A stretch of DNA of 49,175 nucleotides from a virus: the IMG/VR virus record IMGVR_UViG_3300010042_000002, positions 1 to 49,175 of that record, one strand, 5' to 3'. The notes under the pieces were generated by a model. It was not told where the DNA came from. It did no database searches and saw only the letters and a program-made list of their open reading frames with translations. Positions 39,399 to 47,445 of this stretch are shown one piece after another (the first letter of the stretch is position 1; each line of letters starts with the position of its first letter). The translations under genes were made by a program, and so were the position numbers.

Positions 39399-41666
39399 TT
39401 ATGGGATGCGTGCGTATAGTATGGTATTCAACGCAGACACTTCAGCCTGTGTCAAATTAGCCCCCCAACCCGCAGCTTTTAGAATGCGGTTGGAATAAAC
39501 GTAAGTTGGTCCCGCTGCAACTTGGCCACAAACAGCCAATTGCAGGGCAGATGCCGCCTGCGAAGTTGCCGTTGAACTATTGCGTGTGTCGTTACGCTGG
39601 AAAGCTTGTGTATTCCCACCGGTAGCACGACTAATAGCAACCGTGCCCGCCGTCATGGCATTAGCAGTTTCTATAGTTACCCCGATACTATGGACAGAAC
39701 CACGGTTACCGTTAGTTGCATTCCAACCAAGAATGCCGGTAAAGTTTTCAATGCCAATATCAAGCTGTGGACGATCTGTAACGTCACGCGAATGCACAAA
39801 AACCGCGCTGTCGTTACGGGTAAACTTGGACGTTGCGGCCTCAACCGATGGCACGAAACCACTTAGCAGACAACCCGCACCGTTACCCGAATAACCGTTA
39901 TTGGCAGTAAAGACCGGCACACCCTGAACTGTTAGGCCAAACTTCGCCGGATTAATCCAGTTGACGCGGGCGGCTTGTGCATCGTGCGACCATAGGAGGT
40001 AGAACGTATCAAGCTTGGCCCAAAGCCCGGCCGTCTTGAGATCGCCAACAATACCGTCGATAAGTGCAGCACGGGTATTGTTCGGCTTAACCGTCATTGC
40101 ATTGTAAACGGCAAGAGCTTCACTGTTAACAAATGATGGTGGTGGTTCGGCAATAACAAGCGAACCATTTGCCGTAAACGTATGAACGGTGTCACTGCCC
40201 ACAGTTGTTATTGTGCCGCCAGTGCCGCGTGGTGCGCCGGGGTAACGAATAATAACGATACCCGAGCCACCGGCGCCGCCTGCACCAGTGGTTTCAGTGG
40301 AGCCGCCACCGCCGCCACCACCACCGCGATTAGCAATTGCACTTGTGGCGTTCGGTACGTCGGAATTACCACCAGTACCCGCGCCGGAACCACCGTTACC
40401 ACCGGGGCTACCGTTACCACCGCCGCCGCCGCCGCTGCCATAAACTGTAGAAGTTCCACTAATGGAGCTAGCAACGCCTGCACCACCCGCCGCGCCGGGT
40501 GCAGCGCCAAAGTTTACGGTGTTAGGTGCAGTAGCACCAACAGCACCAGCACCACCACCGCCACCACCGCCGCCCGCAGGCGGGAACCCGGTCCCGGTAA
40601 GATTACCACCAGCACCACCGGAATTGCCCTGCCCCGACGATCCCGCAGCGCCCGGCAAACCGTTCTTTACGCTGTTGTCAGTACCACCGCAGCCACCGCC
40701 GCCGCTACCCCCAGCACCAGCGGCAACCATGCCGCCCATTCCCGAGCTTGAACCGCGTCCGCCGCCCGTTGAAACAATACCGTTGATAGACGAATTGCCG
40801 CCTGCCGTTTCCGCCGCGCCGCCGTTACCAACAACAACGGGGTATGTATTAGGAGCAAGCACGATCTTACCCGTGCGAACACCACCGGCGCCACCACCAC
40901 CAGCACCACCCCGGAAATTGTCAGAAACGCCGCCGCCGCCGCCGCCCGCAACAATAAGATAATCAATGTCAGCAACCGGGGTGTTATTAACGTTGACCTT
41001 AAAGCTACCTTCAGCCGCCATAAGCGCCCGCAGTGAGATCGCGGGTTTTGCTACCCGTGCAACCATTAGGCCTCCAAGATCAAACTTGGCTGCAATCTTA
41101 GTTGCTAGCGGAACATTAACCTTGAGGGCGCCACCAAGGTCAAACTTAGCTTGAATGCGAGTGGGGGGCCGTGATACGTTGACCGACATGTTGCCGCCAA
41201 GGTCAAAGCTTTCCAGAAGCGCAATAGAACGCTTAAGGTTGACCTGCATGTTGCCGCCAAGTTCATACCGAGCAGCGAGACGGTTTGGCGGGAATAGGCC
41301 AACGCGCATTTCACCTTCACCGGCGAATGTTGCGGCAAGCCGTTGAATAACGTTGACCGTGGGCAGTTCCATTTCGCCGCCAAGGCCAAAGTTAGCCGAG
41401 ATACGCAGCGGGATACCTAGATTGACCTTCATTGATCCGCCAAGGTCAAAGCGTTGCTGTAGGGCTTTCTTTGCCGTAAGCTGAAGCCGCATCAACCCGC
41501 CAAGGTCAAAACTTGCGCGGGAAAGCTGGCCGGGAGGTAGCACATTGCCACCGTCTTTACCGTCTGCGCCAGACTGAAGATATGTAATGTAATCAAGCCG
41601 GGCCTTAGCGCCGGACTTCAACCGGCGACCAAGCCGATAGGACGATTTACGCCCGAAACGAACCAT
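39399..41666 (-). CDS. Tail fibre protein: nine 20-21-aa repeats plus glycine-rich domain plus C-terminal lectin-like domain, 755 aa
   Basis: FDLGGxM repeats cover roughly residues 50-228. A poly-Gly/Ala/Ser/Asn domain ends in GSGIVIIRY, which is typical of phage glycine-rich fibre domains. The C-terminal roughly 260 aa look globular. Confidence 0.7.
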   Translation of the reverse strand: MVRFGRKSSYRLGRRLKSGAKARLDYITYLQSGADGKDGGNVLPPGQLSRASFDLGGLMRLQLTAKKALQQRFDLGGSMKVNLGIPLRISANFGLGGEMELPTVNVIQRLAATFAGEGEMRVGLFPPNRLAARYELGGNMQVNLKRSIALLESFDLGGNMSVNVSRPPTRIQAKFDLGGALKVNVPLATKIAAKFDLGGLMVARVAKPAISLRALMAAEGSFKVNVNNTPVADIDYLIVAGGGGGGVSDNFRGGAGGGGAGGVRTGKIVLAPNTYPVVVGNGGAAETAGGNSSINGIVSTGGGRGSSSGMGGMVAAGAGGSGGGGCGGTDNSVKNGLPGAAGSSGQGNSGGAGGNLTGTGFPPAGGGGGGGGAGAVGATAPNTVNFGAAPGAAGGAGVASSISGTSTVYGSGGGGGGNGSPGGNGGSGAGTGGNSDVPNATSAIANRGGGGGGGGSTETTGAGGAGGSGIVIIRYPGAPRGTGGTITTVGSDTVHTFTANGSLVIAEPPPSFVNSEALAVYNAMTVKPNNTRAALIDGIVGDLKTAGLWAKLDTFYLLWSHDAQAARVNWINPAKFGLTVQGVPVFTANNGYSGNGAGCLLSGFVPSVEAATSKFTRNDSAVFVHSRDVTDRPQLDIGIENFTGILGWNATNGNRGSVHSIGVTIETANAMTAGTVAISRATGGNTQAFQRNDTRNSSTATSQAASALQLAVCGQVAAGPTYVYSNRILKAAGWGANLTQAEVSALNTILYARIP
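40985..41525 (-). repeat. Nine tandem 60-63-bp coding repeats (core CCGCCAAGGTCAAA on the plus strand)
   Basis: Plus-strand 14-mer cores lie at 41071, 41131, 41194, 41254, 41377, 41437 and 41497, plus two degenerate units. Confidence 0.85.
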
Positions 41667-41786
41667 TTAATAACCTGCCCACAGGTTGCCGGGGTTTGGC
41701 CGGTGTGCGTCGGGTTAGCCCCGAACGTCGCATTAAGGAATAGCGCACCATAGGCAGGCGAAAGGCGATTTGGCAAGGGCAAAGTC

Positions 41787-42026
41787 TCAGCGCAGGCCCA
41801 ACACCCGGCCACAGGCGCTTTCCGGCGCAATCTCGATGGATTTTGAGAGGTTCCGGCAGAGGGCAAGCCCGGCCGAGGCGTCGGCGGTGGCAGTCGCGCA
41901 AATCTCGCCAATGCAGACGGTAGCCGTTGCGGTTTCGTTTGCTTCAGCAACCTTCATCAAGTGAACGGCGCCAAGACCTAGACCAACGATAACCACGGCG
42001 TAGATAATTGAGTTGGTATAAAACAT
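41787..42026 (-). CDS. Small membrane protein, 79 aa (N-terminal TM, Cys-containing C-terminal part)
   Basis: ATG at 42026 with an AAGGAG SD presented in a hairpin loop. The TM segment is IIYAVVIVGLGLGAVHL. It could be a holin or a superinfection-exclusion protein, but this is unproven. Confidence 0.5.
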   Translation of the reverse strand: MFYTNSIIYAVVIVGLGLGAVHLMKVAEANETATATVCIGEICATATADASAGLALCRNLSKSIEIAPESACGRVLGLR

Positions 42027-42083
42027 TAGGGTCACTCCTTGTTGAAATGACCCTATCAAATGCCGTTATGATTACAACCGTGA

Positions 42084-42374
42084 CTAGCTGAAACGGTTAC
42101 TAAATACTTTACGACTAGCGATTACCTTGAAGCCCATGGCTTGACCGTCTGCAAAGTCAACCGCCATGTAATTACCATCTTGCCGCATTTCGACGGTTGG
42201 GGGAATGTTGGCGAAACTTACGTGCAAGGCGTTGTTTGAACCGACCATGACCATTGCCACATTGGCTACAACGTATGTGTTGCCCATGGTGTCGTCATAC
42301 TCAGTAAACGGCGCCAAGCGCTGCACACCGTTGCGAAAGAACCGGCGTGCGTTTTCACAGAACTTACAAGTCAT
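42084..42374 (-). CDS. Hypothetical protein (96 aa)
   Basis: The internal ATG at 42374 overlaps the upstream stop. The upstream extension of the track ORF overlaps the previous gene. Confidence 0.55.
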   Translation of the reverse strand: MTCKFCENARRFFRNGVQRLAPFTEYDDTMGNTYVVANVAMVMVGSNNALHVSFANIPPTVEMRQDGNYMAVDFADGQAMGFKVIASRKVFSNRFS

Positions 42375-42649
42375 TGCAGTGTTAACCCCGGCCGTGTGAA
42401 CATGTCGGCAACCTTCTGTTTGAATTCCCAATGTTTGACACACTTGTCAACAAACGCACGGATTTGCCAAATGGCAACCTGATTGGTTCCCAAGGTAATA
42501 CCCATTAGATTGCTTTCCAGCCCCAAGGTAATATACTCGTACTGCATGATGCGGCCGAGAGCCTGAAACGGGGTTAGGTCGGAAATGATATCCGACCATA
42601 GGCAATGGTCCCCCTTGGGGTAGTATGGTTTAACGGAACGTTGTAGCAT
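42371..42649 (-). CDS. Hypothetical protein (about 92 aa; start uncertain: 42649, 42685 or 42691)
   Basis: The track start is TTG. Alternative ATGs lie at 42685 and 42649. Confidence 0.5.
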   Translation of the reverse strand: MLQRSVKPYYPKGDHCLWSDIISDLTPFQALGRIMQYEYITLGLESNLMGITLGTNQVAIWQIRAFVDKCVKHWEFKQKVADMFTRPGLTLQ

Positions 42650-42899
42650 TGTCGTAAGCCGCCCTCTCTTCTGCAATGTCGTCATCTTCAAGTTGACGGA
42701 TGAGCATCGTCAAGCCGGTAAGCTGCTTGGACATTCTAACGGCTTTATCACGCCGCGCATTGTTATCGCGAACGATAAGCTGAATTTGCGCTTCAAGCTG
42801 TTCAATAGCAGCTTCACCGTTGGCAATGTTCTGTTTTTGCACGCCGAGTTGTTCGGCAAGTGTATTAGCTACCGTCCGGTAGTTATCGACTTCGGCCAT
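42630..42899 (-). CDS. Hypothetical coiled-coil protein (89 aa)
   Basis: ATG at 42899 with a GAAGGA SD. The longer track ORF overlaps the upstream gene. Confidence 0.55.
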   Translation of the reverse strand: MAEVDNYRTVANTLAEQLGVQKQNIANGEAAIEQLEAQIQLIVRDNNARRDKAVRMSKQLTGLTMLIRQLEDDDIAEERAAYDNATTFR

Positions 42900-42931
42900 T
42901 TTGTTTATTCCTTCACCGCTTTGATTGCTAC

Positions 42932-42961
42932 CGTATAGCCCACAGTATGGGGCTGCGTCAA
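42932..42961 (-). promoter_or_regulatory. Possible promoter P8 (TTGACG-N18-TATACG) with a GGTAGCAAT box at the predicted start site
   Basis: The reverse complement reads TTGACGCAGCCCCATACTGTGGGCTATACGGTAGCAATC. The -10 is weak and the box position differs from the other promoters. Confidence 0.3.
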
Positions 42962-43218
42962 GGTCGTTTAGGGACAACCACAAAGGAACCGGACCGTAGC
43001 GCCTCGATTGTTTCGCGTTCTTCCTTGGACAGTTCACGCAGCGACAATGGGGCCTTGGGGTCGGGATTGCTTGCAAGAAGCTTGGGAATAGCTTCCGCGA
43101 TGATTGCCAGATTGATTGCAGCACCACCAAGAAGCAGGGCGCTAGTTCGTTCAATTCCGGAGTTGGCATCTTGTGCAAGGTCTTGTGCGTTCGCCGTTAC
43201 TTCATCTACCGTGTTCAT
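42958..43218 (-). CDS. Hypothetical protein (86 aa)
   Basis: ATG at 43218 overlapping the stop of the VRR-NUC gene. Confidence 0.55.
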   Translation of the reverse strand: MNTVDEVTANAQDLAQDANSGIERTSALLLGGAAINLAIIAEAIPKLLASNPDPKAPLSLRELSKEERETIEALRSGSFVVVPKRP

Positions 43219-43691
43219 TCTTCAAGACCCTTTCCGGTCAAATAGAACTTAATTTCGTTGGCGGCTTCATACCAGTGATAGCAAACTACCACCTTATAGC
43301 CCATGGCTTCAAGATCGTTGAGCCATTGTTTTTGCTCATCAGCCACGCCGCCCGTGTCCCACTTGTCGGTTGCCACCTTTTTCTTATAACGGGAGCTTGG
43401 CCGTTTCATTTCTATGTAAAGACCGGCATAGTTAGCCGTAAAACTTTCGTTGATGACCGGTACAGGCAAGAAGATGTCAGGCACACCCGAACGCGTACCT
43501 TCCGCCTTCATTCGTGACGCGACAATCTTGTTGCGCTCACCACCGTTAGGAATGGCGTGTAAGAGGCGTAGTCGCCAGTCATTGACTTGGTTTATAGCCG
43601 CCCAACAGAACAGGGCGACTTGGTGCGTGTGTTCATCGGCCTCTTCAGCCGGGATTTTCTTAAAGAAATCTTCCGGCTGCATTACCACCAC
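43215..43691 (-). CDS. VRR-NUC domain nuclease, 158 aa
   Basis: It contains GVPDIFLPVP...LYIEMKRP, the PD-(D/E)xK core of the VRR-NUC family. Confidence 0.8.
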   Translation of the reverse strand: MVVMQPEDFFKKIPAEEADEHTHQVALFCWAAINQVNDWRLRLLHAIPNGGERNKIVASRMKAEGTRSGVPDIFLPVPVINESFTANYAGLYIEMKRPSSRYKKKVATDKWDTGGVADEQKQWLNDLEAMGYKVVVCYHWYEAANEIKFYLTGKGLEE

Positions 43692-44119
43692 CGCAAATCA
43701 AAAACGGGATCGACAAACCCGAACAATGTTGCAAAGGTCATAAGCGCCATGAGAACGTCAAGCAGCAAGCCGACCCTGCCAAACCCACGCATATCATAAA
43801 TCCAGCGTTCAGCCGCTTGCCGGTATTCAGCGTAGTGCTTGGCCCATTGTGTACTGTGGTGTTGCCAGAATTGAACATCACCAGTAAGCTTGTCGATTAC
43901 AGTTTGGTCATTGGCCCGGTTAACCCGAGCGCGTTCAAGATAGTCGCTGTTAGCCCGCTGAAGGTCGTTGCGCATGGTCAACAGGTCGGCAACCTTCCGC
44001 TCAAGGTCCGTGATTTGCCTAGCCTGTTCATTGTTGTTGATCTTGTGATCTTCGATTACGCTTTCAAGGCGCTTATTCTCAGCCACCAGCGTTACGAAAT
44101 CCTTAGGCATATCGGCCAT
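43682..44119 (-). CDS. Coiled-coil protein with C-terminal transmembrane anchor, 145 aa
   Basis: ATG at 44119. The N-terminal region is heptad-like, and the C-terminus is VGLLLDVLMALMTFATLFGFV. Confidence 0.55.
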   Translation of the reverse strand: MADMPKDFVTLVAENKRLESVIEDHKINNNEQARQITDLERKVADLLTMRNDLQRANSDYLERARVNRANDQTVIDKLTGDVQFWQHHSTQWAKHYAEYRQAAERWIYDMRGFGRVGLLLDVLMALMTFATLFGFVDPVFDLRWW

Positions 44120-44123
44120 GTCG

Positions 44124-44333
44124 TCACCTATCGTTGAGTTGTTCCAACCGGGCATAACCCGCCGTTGTGATATAGTATTGCAACAACGTTCGCGAGGGAT
44201 ACAACTGAATATAACCTTCGTTAACGCATTGTTCCACCGTTGCGTGGTTGTGCTTGGCAACCTCTACCGGTCCCCCGGCATCAGCCAACATTTGCAACAG
44301 GCGGTATTCAGGCGTCACCCTTATCGGGGCCAT
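44124..44333 (-). CDS. Hypothetical small protein (69 aa), possibly winged-helix
   Basis: ATG at 44333 with an AAGGGAG SD. The longer track ORF overlaps the upstream gene by 74 nt. Confidence 0.5.
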   Translation of the reverse strand: MAPIRVTPEYRLLQMLADAGGPVEVAKHNHATVEQCVNEGYIQLYPSRTLLQYYITTAGYARLEQLNDR

Positions 44334-44733
44334 TGTGGGCACTCCCTTTGATCGGAACCAATTCGAACTGGTATCCGACATATTCTAACATCGCGTCAAT
44401 TTCTGTGACTGTTGGAACGTAACCACGCATACGCAAATCATAACCGCGATTATAGGTAATGCCACAAGCCTGAACCATTATTCCCCATGCGCGTTGTTGG
44501 TGGTGTAGTTCGTCGCATACCCAAACAATGTAACGGTTTGCGTCGTCGCTGTATTCAAGCTCTACCGGCTTTTTAGCCTCTAGCTTCATTAGCCAGACTT
44601 TACGCCTTACTGAGGCTACAGAACGACCAAGCAAAGCGGCGATGGCTTCAGGTCGTACCTTAGCTGCCCACAATTGTTCAAGCTGTTGCTCACTATCGGC
44701 ATCCCATCGGCCGTAAACGGTAGGATCAGCCAT
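44308..44733 (-). CDS. Protein with a GcrA-like / Myb-like N-terminal HTH, 141 aa
   Basis: RWDADSEQQLEQLWAAKVRPEAIAALLGRSVASVRRKVWLMKL follows the W..E....L..LW......IA..LG....V..KV..L pattern of GcrA N-domains. This is similarity by eye only. Confidence 0.4.
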   Translation of the reverse strand: MADPTVYGRWDADSEQQLEQLWAAKVRPEAIAALLGRSVASVRRKVWLMKLEAKKPVELEYSDDANRYIVWVCDELHHQQRAWGIMVQACGITYNRGYDLRMRGYVPTVTEIDAMLEYVGYQFELVPIKGSAHNGPDKGDA

Positions 44734-44975
44734 TAGCGCCGCCCGGCGCCTAGATAGCGCTTCAGGCCCGCGTTCAGGGGCTCAATCGGCCGAAGCGGCC
44801 CGAGGGTGCGCCAATTCTCGATCTGGCCAGAGATCGCAGCTAGCCGGATGATATCGGGGAGCTTATGCGCCACCCTAATCACCAGACTGCCACCACCGCT
44901 AACTTTGGCCTTCAGTTTGGCCCGTGGCCGTCCGACCGTGGCCTTCTTTGCATAGCCACCGCGCTTTGTTCTCAT
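44733..44975 (-). CDS. Small basic protein (80 aa), possible DNA-binding
   Basis: The N-terminus is Lys/Arg-rich, followed by LPDIIRLAAISGQ (HTH-like). Confidence 0.5.
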   Translation of the reverse strand: MRTKRGGYAKKATVGRPRAKLKAKVSGGGSLVIRVAHKLPDIIRLAAISGQIENWRTLGPLRPIEPLNAGLKRYLGAGRR

Positions 44976-45244
44976 TTTAGGTAAACCCTTATTACCGCGT
45001 TAGGTTTGTGCGTGGCGCTGCCACGTCGAATACCTTCGGCGTAGTTCCTAGCACCTTCTAGGTTATATCGCCAAGGTTCGCCACCGAAACCCACCGCACG
45101 ATATGTTGCCCGGCCGTTACGGTCAACGCTTACATAACAGAAGTCAGGAACCTTACCCTTGCCCCCGCATTCGGAACACGTCTCTACCCGAGACGAAAAG
45201 AACGGAACCCGCATACCTTTGCCGCTGCAACCCTTGCATATCAT
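44972..45244 (-). CDS. DnaJ-type zinc-finger protein, 90 aa
   Basis: Two CxxCxGxG motifs are present: CKGCSGKG and CSECGGKG. Confidence 0.5.
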   Translation of the reverse strand: MICKGCSGKGMRVPFFSSRVETCSECGGKGKVPDFCYVSVDRNGRATYRAVGFGGEPWRYNLEGARNYAEGIRRGSATHKPNAVIRVYLK

Positions 45245-45384
45245 GTCATCACCTGTTCAACTATCTTGGCGTTTAGTTCCACTAACCGCGCCTTGAGTGT
45301 TGGGTTCTCGGTTTGCAAGCGGCGATGTTCGACCGTCTGCAACAAGAGCATAAGCTCTCTAAAATTCAATTCGATCTTATGCAT
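45241..45384 (-). CDS. Unlisted small ORF, 47 aa (MHKIELNFRELMLLLQTVEHRRLQTENPTLKARLVELNAKIVEQVMT)
   Basis: GGAG sits 8 nt upstream of the ATG at 45384. Its TGA overlaps the ATG of the next gene (ATGA). It is below the ORF-track cutoff. Confidence 0.45.
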   Translation of the reverse strand: MHKIELNFRELMLLLQTVEHRRLQTENPTLKARLVELNAKIVEQVMT

Positions 45385-45397
45385 TATCACCGCTCCA

Positions 45398-45427
45398 TAA
45401 AAGAACACCCCGACCATAAGGCCGGGG
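45398..45427 (-). terminator. Rho-independent terminator or attenuator
   Basis: The minus strand reads CCCCGGCC-ttat-GGTCGGGG followed by TGTTCTTTT. Confidence 0.65.
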
Positions 45428-45437
45428 CGTTACCGTG

Positions 45438-45617
45438 TCAACTCACCTGTTTAACATAACCTTTGTCTATGACCTGCGTTGCATAGTCGGTGCCGTGTTC
45501 GCGGATCGTGAGATTAAAACCGTCGATAGACAGAACTTCGAACCATACCGCATCGGGCAATTCATTGAACGCCACCACGGAACCGACTTTTACAGGCTTC
45601 ATTTTGTGCTTAGGCAT
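45438..45617 (-). CDS. Hypothetical protein (59 aa)
   Basis: ATG at 45617. The track GTG start at 45647 lies inside the -10 of promoter P5 and is therefore unlikely. Confidence 0.6.
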   Translation of the reverse strand: MPKHKMKPVKVGSVVAFNELPDAVWFEVLSIDGFNLTIREHGTDYATQVIDKGYVKQVS

Positions 45618-45645
45618 TGTGTCACCGCTCTTGTTGAACAGTGAC

Positions 45646-45674
45646 ACCTTATTTTGTTGTTGCTACCTTGTCAA
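45646..45674 (-). promoter_or_regulatory. Sigma70-type promoter P5 (TTGACA-N17-TAAGGT) with GGTAGCAA box and upstream CCCGGTAGCTA copy
   Basis: The reverse complement reads cccggtagctaTTGACAAGGTAGCAACAACAAAATAAGGT. Confidence 0.55.
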
Positions 45675-45686
45675 TAGCTACCGGGA

Positions 45687-46274
45687 TTAATAAAGCTTGC
45701 CGCCCTTGCCCCAATTCTCCTCACGCTTGGCTAGATCGTGATCCGGCCGGGCTGCATTGAAGGGGGTCTTGGCCAGATAGGCGCCGCCAAGATCGAACGT
45801 TTCCGTAAAGCGGTAGGCTTCTGGCCCGAGATCGATAAGAATGCCTTCGGCCGCCGCGTACTGCATCATACCCATAAGGTCCGCAATGCGAATAACTGCA
45901 TCGACCATTTCCGCAGTAATCCCGGCGAAAGCCGTAATCTTGTCATCCATTTTGGACATGCGGAACGCTTCGGAGCCTTCCGAAACTTCGTCATGAATAA
46001 GGTTGAGCTTGGCGCCGACCACGAACGGGAACCAAGCCTTACGCATCGCGTCGAGTGTATCAATACTCTCTTCACCGAAAAGACTTTCGGCATTTGGTAT
46101 AAGCGACGTACCGGTGATAGGATCGTGCCACCAGCCGCGATTATAACTAGCGGCGTGACAGTTGGTTGTGAGCATACCGAGAACATGCGCAATCAGTTCG
46201 CCGTTGGTGCGAATGTTGGCAACGGAAGCCGAGGCGTTGAGATCGTAGCTTGCAAGCTGGGGGAAGTCTGTCAT
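45687..46274 (-). CDS. MazG-like all-alpha nucleoside triphosphate pyrophosphohydrolase, 195 aa
   Basis: It has LNLIHDEVSEGSEAFR, then EMVDAVIRIADL (the E..E...E..D metal-binding pattern) and a C-terminal NAARPDH. Confidence 0.6.
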   Translation of the reverse strand: MTDFPQLASYDLNASASVANIRTNGELIAHVLGMLTTNCHAASYNRGWWHDPITGTSLIPNAESLFGEESIDTLDAMRKAWFPFVVGAKLNLIHDEVSEGSEAFRMSKMDDKITAFAGITAEMVDAVIRIADLMGMMQYAAAEGILIDLGPEAYRFTETFDLGGAYLAKTPFNAARPDHDLAKREENWGKGGKLY

Positions 46275-46404
46275 AAGTCACCTTTGTTTGAGTTATAGGG
46301 TTCTTCACCCTTGCGGCTATTATCGCAGCCGACCACCGACACGCCCGCGCCTACGGATTAGCGGGGCTAGGGTTCCCCGGATGGTTACAACCATCAGCAC
46401 CCCG

Positions 46405-46923
46405 TTACGGGTGATCTTTGCTATTAAATTCCAAAGGTACACCGCCCGGTGTGGGGGTGCAATCATCATCGGCCCATGACTTACCCGTGGTTACGCCGTG
46501 GTTAAGTAGTATGGTTAATGCCTTGGCAAGTTTCTGCGTGCCCACAGGTTCAGCCGATTGACCGCGTGTGCTGGGGTGACTGAAGGCATGTTCTGCAATC
46601 GGGTTAGGCTTTAAAAGCTTAGACGGCGGTTCCCATCCGCCAGACGGAACATGGGTTACCTTAGCCCAATCAATAGGCGTCTCCCGAGTGCCGCGCCCCG
46701 CCTGTTGCACATAGTAGGGTAGCCCTAGCAACTCGCATACGTTGCCGAAGTCGTAGCCGTGGCCCTCATTCATCAGCTTCCACGTTATGAACGCGGCCTT
46801 ACGATCCCATGAGACTTGACCATCGGTGCCGGGGATAACAACCCGCTCTAATAGCTTTTGCCAGTCACCAGAGAAGAATGCTGTAAATGCGGGGTCGGGT
46901 TGATCACCGGGTTTGTAGGTCAT
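46405..46923 (-). CDS. Hypothetical protein (172 aa)
   Basis: The track start at 46983 is TTG. The ATG at 46923 overlaps (TAATG) the stop of a possible 33-codon micro-ORF. Confidence 0.55.
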   Translation of the reverse strand: MTYKPGDQPDPAFTAFFSGDWQKLLERVVIPGTDGQVSWDRKAAFITWKLMNEGHGYDFGNVCELLGLPYYVQQAGRGTRETPIDWAKVTHVPSGGWEPPSKLLKPNPIAEHAFSHPSTRGQSAEPVGTQKLAKALTILLNHGVTTGKSWADDDCTPTPGGVPLEFNSKDHP

Positions 46924-47024
46924 TAGAGGTTCGCCAATATGGTTGCGAGGCGGCAAGGAGTGATAACCTTCCCGAGCCACCAAACAGGAATGTCATATAT
47001 CGCGCCATGAATGATCATTTTCAT
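46923..47024 (-). CDS. Possible micro-ORF, 33 aa (MKMIIHGAIYDIPVWWLGKVITPCRLATILANL)
   Basis: AAGGAG sits 8-9 nt upstream of the ATG at 47024. It has an ATGA overlap with the upstream stop and a TAATG overlap with the downstream start. The codon-bias evidence is inconclusive. Confidence 0.3.
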   Translation of the reverse strand: MKMIIHGAIYDIPVWWLGKVITPCRLATILANL

Positions 47025-47281
47025 GCTAGCCACTCCTTTAACCGGGCCTCATGGTCCAACTGGCAAACCGTGCGGGCGTCTGCCAAATAGACATAACCCC
47101 CGCTCCCAACCGTGGTGTCGTCTCGCAAGCCTAGAACGCTATACGTTCCCAAGCCTTGGCCATCGGGACCATGCTGAAGGGCTATATGGTATGTACTATT
47201 GATACCCTTGGCTGTCCACCAGATACCCGAGGGCAACATGTGAAAAGCCAGAGACTTAAACCGGGTGTCACACTTGCTCAT
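47021..47281 (-). CDS. Hypothetical protein (86 aa)
   Basis: ATG at 47281 overlapping the stop of the unlisted 55-aa ORF. Confidence 0.55.
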   Translation of the reverse strand: MSKCDTRFKSLAFHMLPSGIWWTAKGINSTYHIALQHGPDGQGLGTYSVLGLRDDTTVGSGGYVYLADARTVCQLDHEARLKEWLA

Positions 47282-47445
47282 TTGTTTATCACCTTATCAT
47301 ATGCCTTATGGAGCTTAGATGAAACCTTATCAGCTTTCTTGTTGTCGGGGTGACCACTTTCAAAAGACATGGTAAAGTTTGTCATAAGCTCCCAAAGCTC
47401 TGACTTGGTAAAGGTGATTGATACCTTTGGTTCTTCCACTTTCAT
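47278..47445 (-). CDS. Unlisted small ORF, 55 aa (MKVEEPKVSITFTKSELWELMTNFTMSFESGHPDNKKADKVSSKLHKAYDKVINK)
   Basis: It fills an otherwise empty 160-nt gap and has ATGA overlaps at both ends (47445..47442 and 47281..47278). Confidence 0.5.
   Translation of the reverse strand: MKVEEPKVSITFTKSELWELMTNFTMSFESGHPDNKKADKVSSKLHKAYDKVINK

Noticed and set aside
40182-41389. Track ORFs in alternative frames over the glycine-rich and repeat parts of the fibre gene (40182..40751 +, 40208..40510 -, 40462..40962 +, 40667..40975 -, 41105..41389 -), and a possible CRISPR-like array.
   Set aside because: The alternative-frame products are poly-Ala/Pro/Thr-like, arising from GGN/GCN tracts. The 60-63-bp repeats are in frame and translate to a coherent 20-21-aa protein repeat. 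No unique spacers and no cas genes are present.
41747-41776. TTGCCA-N18-TATGGT as a late promoter upstream of the tail fibre gene.
   Set aside because: The hexamers are plausible, but this is a single occurrence with an 18-nt spacer and no supporting conserved context. That is too weak to list as a feature.
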